Source: Fonticula alba ATCC 38817
Taxonomy: Eukaryota; Protista; Nucleariida
Reading direction: 5' to 3' (one strand)
Length of the DNA: 64,000 bases
Assembly (NCBI GenBank): GCA_000388065.2
Contig: KB932204.1
The position numbers were made by a program, and so were the translations under genes. Shown here in pieces: positions 62,743 to 64,000 of this stretch. The notes under the pieces are model-generated. The model searched no databases and had not been told where the DNA came from. It saw only the letters and a program-made list of their open reading frames with translations. How positions within the stretch are numbered: the first letter of the stretch is position 1; each line of letters begins with the position of its first letter.

Positions 62743-63800
62743 ATGTCGTCCCCCCTGGTGGAATCAAACCTCGGCGATGCCAGGCTCGATATTGCCTGGA
62801 TGCCAAGCGCCAGCCAGCTGGCCGAGCTGACCGCCCGCAACCCCAAGGCCCAGCAACGCATGCAACGCCAGGCCCTGGCCGAGTTCACGGACCCCGGCCG
62901 GGCGGGGCCGGCCGGCCCACCGGCTGCCGCCTGCCCGCCGGCTGGCATCTTGCCTGCCTTTGACCGGTACTACCTGGGTACCGACCTGGCCACCGGGGTG
63001 GGCTGCCTGCGCGAGCGGCCCGCCACCAGCGGCCCGCACGCCTCCCTGGAAAAGGTCCACGCCAGTGACTGTGATTGCGCCTTTCACTGCTTCTCCGGGC
63101 ACTCGGCCTGGCGGGCCATGTCCGCGTACTATGCACGGCCATCGAGCCCTGCGAGCCCCGTCCCGGCGATCTCGGCCCCGGGGATGTCCATCAACGCCGG
63201 TGGCGGGATGGATTTCAATAACCTGCTCACCGAGGGGCCCGGCTACTCCAGTAGCCTGAGCTCCTCCTCCTTCTTGGGCCTGGGGAATCCCCTGTTCCGG
63301 TCGTCGTACACCTCGCAGTCGCTCCTGACGACGTATCAGCCTCTTCACTCGCCCGGGTCGTCGATCCTACCGATGCACTCCTCGGCCTACATTGCCTCGC
63401 TGCAGTATCAGCAGCAGCATTCGCCGCAAATGCCCCAGGCACCGGCGCCCCTGACGCGCGTGGCTCCCCCAAATGACGGGCACTTCGAGCTCTCAACCTC
63501 GCTGGAGTCCACCTCGTCCCTGAGTGAGGCGCCTTTCGGTGGGCCGGGCGCCGGGCCCGGTGTCGGCACCGGGGGGCCCAATGTGCCGCCCTCCTCGGTC
63601 CCTGCCACATCGACCTCTCAGGTGACCGAGGCCTTCTTGGGATCGGACTTCATCCTGATCTCGGAATTCGACGAACTCCAGGGCCCGCTTCCGATGTGCA
63701 CCCTGCCGGAACGCATGGCCGCCGTGGACCGCCGCATTGCAGCCACGCTCAATTCCTTTGTCGTGCGCATCATGGCCGTGGACTACCAAACCAAGACGAA
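62743..63800 (+). CDS. SMCR8: SMCR8-like DENN/longin protein, first exon (the gene continues beyond the window)
   Basis: Open frame from ATG 62743 to donor GTGCGC at 63801; it is missing from the ORF track. It ends [22 protein letters not shown]...[14 protein letters not shown], matching human SMCR8 [21 protein letters not shown]...LNYFSLRIMSVDYQ. Confidence 0.85.
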
Positions 63801-63839
63801 GTGCGCCCTGGTGTTGCCGCGCGCCACACGCATGCACAA

Positions 63840-63881
63840 CTGCACACGTGCACACACGCACACACACACGCACACACACAC

Positions 63882-63933
<52 letters not shown>

Positions 63934-63995
63934 GCGCGCGCGCGCGCGCGCGCACGCACACACACACATACACTCACGCGCGCGCGCGCACGCAA
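63840..63995. repeat. Compound (CA)n/(CG)n alternating purine-pyrimidine microsatellite in an SMCR8 intron
   Basis: Directly visible. A similar compound tract is at 17435-17500. Confidence 0.85.
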
Positions 63996-64000
63996 GCACC

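Noticed and set aside
15500-63800. Functional cluster of trafficking genes (EMC1, VPS33, COPG, SMCR8) or RNA-processing genes (CPSF2, STRAP, SR protein)
   Set aside because: These are housekeeping genes of different complexes interspersed with unrelated genes, and there is no shared regulatory signal.
298-63999. Hundreds of long Pro/Gly/Arg/Ala-rich six-frame ORFs, many overlapping or running through N gaps
   Set aside because: They are stop-poor shadows of GC-rich DNA, homopolymers and microsatellites. The real genes are explained by spliced exons in single frames.

Overview
This is GC-rich, intron-dense eukaryotic DNA with many N gaps, long poly-C/G runs and (CA)n/(CT)n microsatellites in the introns. 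The style and gene content suggest a holomycotan or amoeboid protist such as Fonticula (inference). Most six-frame ORFs are GC or low-complexity shadows, so I rebuilt the real genes by hand from spliced exons. In order: type-B carboxylesterase (3' part, +), CPSF2/CPSF100 (-), a ~1,900-aa orphan helical protein (-), EMC1 (-), a small acidic GON7-like KEOPS candidate (-), a ~5.6-kb gene-poor gappy stretch, an LRR/polyQ membrane protein (+), an SLC25 mitochondrial carrier (+), a highly base-paired intergenic ncRNA candidate, VPS33 (-), a secreted/membrane (HG)10 protein (+), a stand-alone LolD/MacB-type ABC ATPase (-), STRAP (-), a two-RRM SR protein of SREK1/SRSF11 type (-), coatomer gamma COPG (-) and the first exon of an SMCR8-like DENN protein (+). 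The most striking structure is a + strand gene whose exon 1 (45177-45274) splices in frame to exons 2-6 located 9.5 kb away inside the last COPG intron. This is either true gene interleaving or, more likely, a misplaced contig. Splice donors are dominated by the non-standard GTGCGY. I found no CRISPR array, rRNA, tRNA or recognisable transposon.
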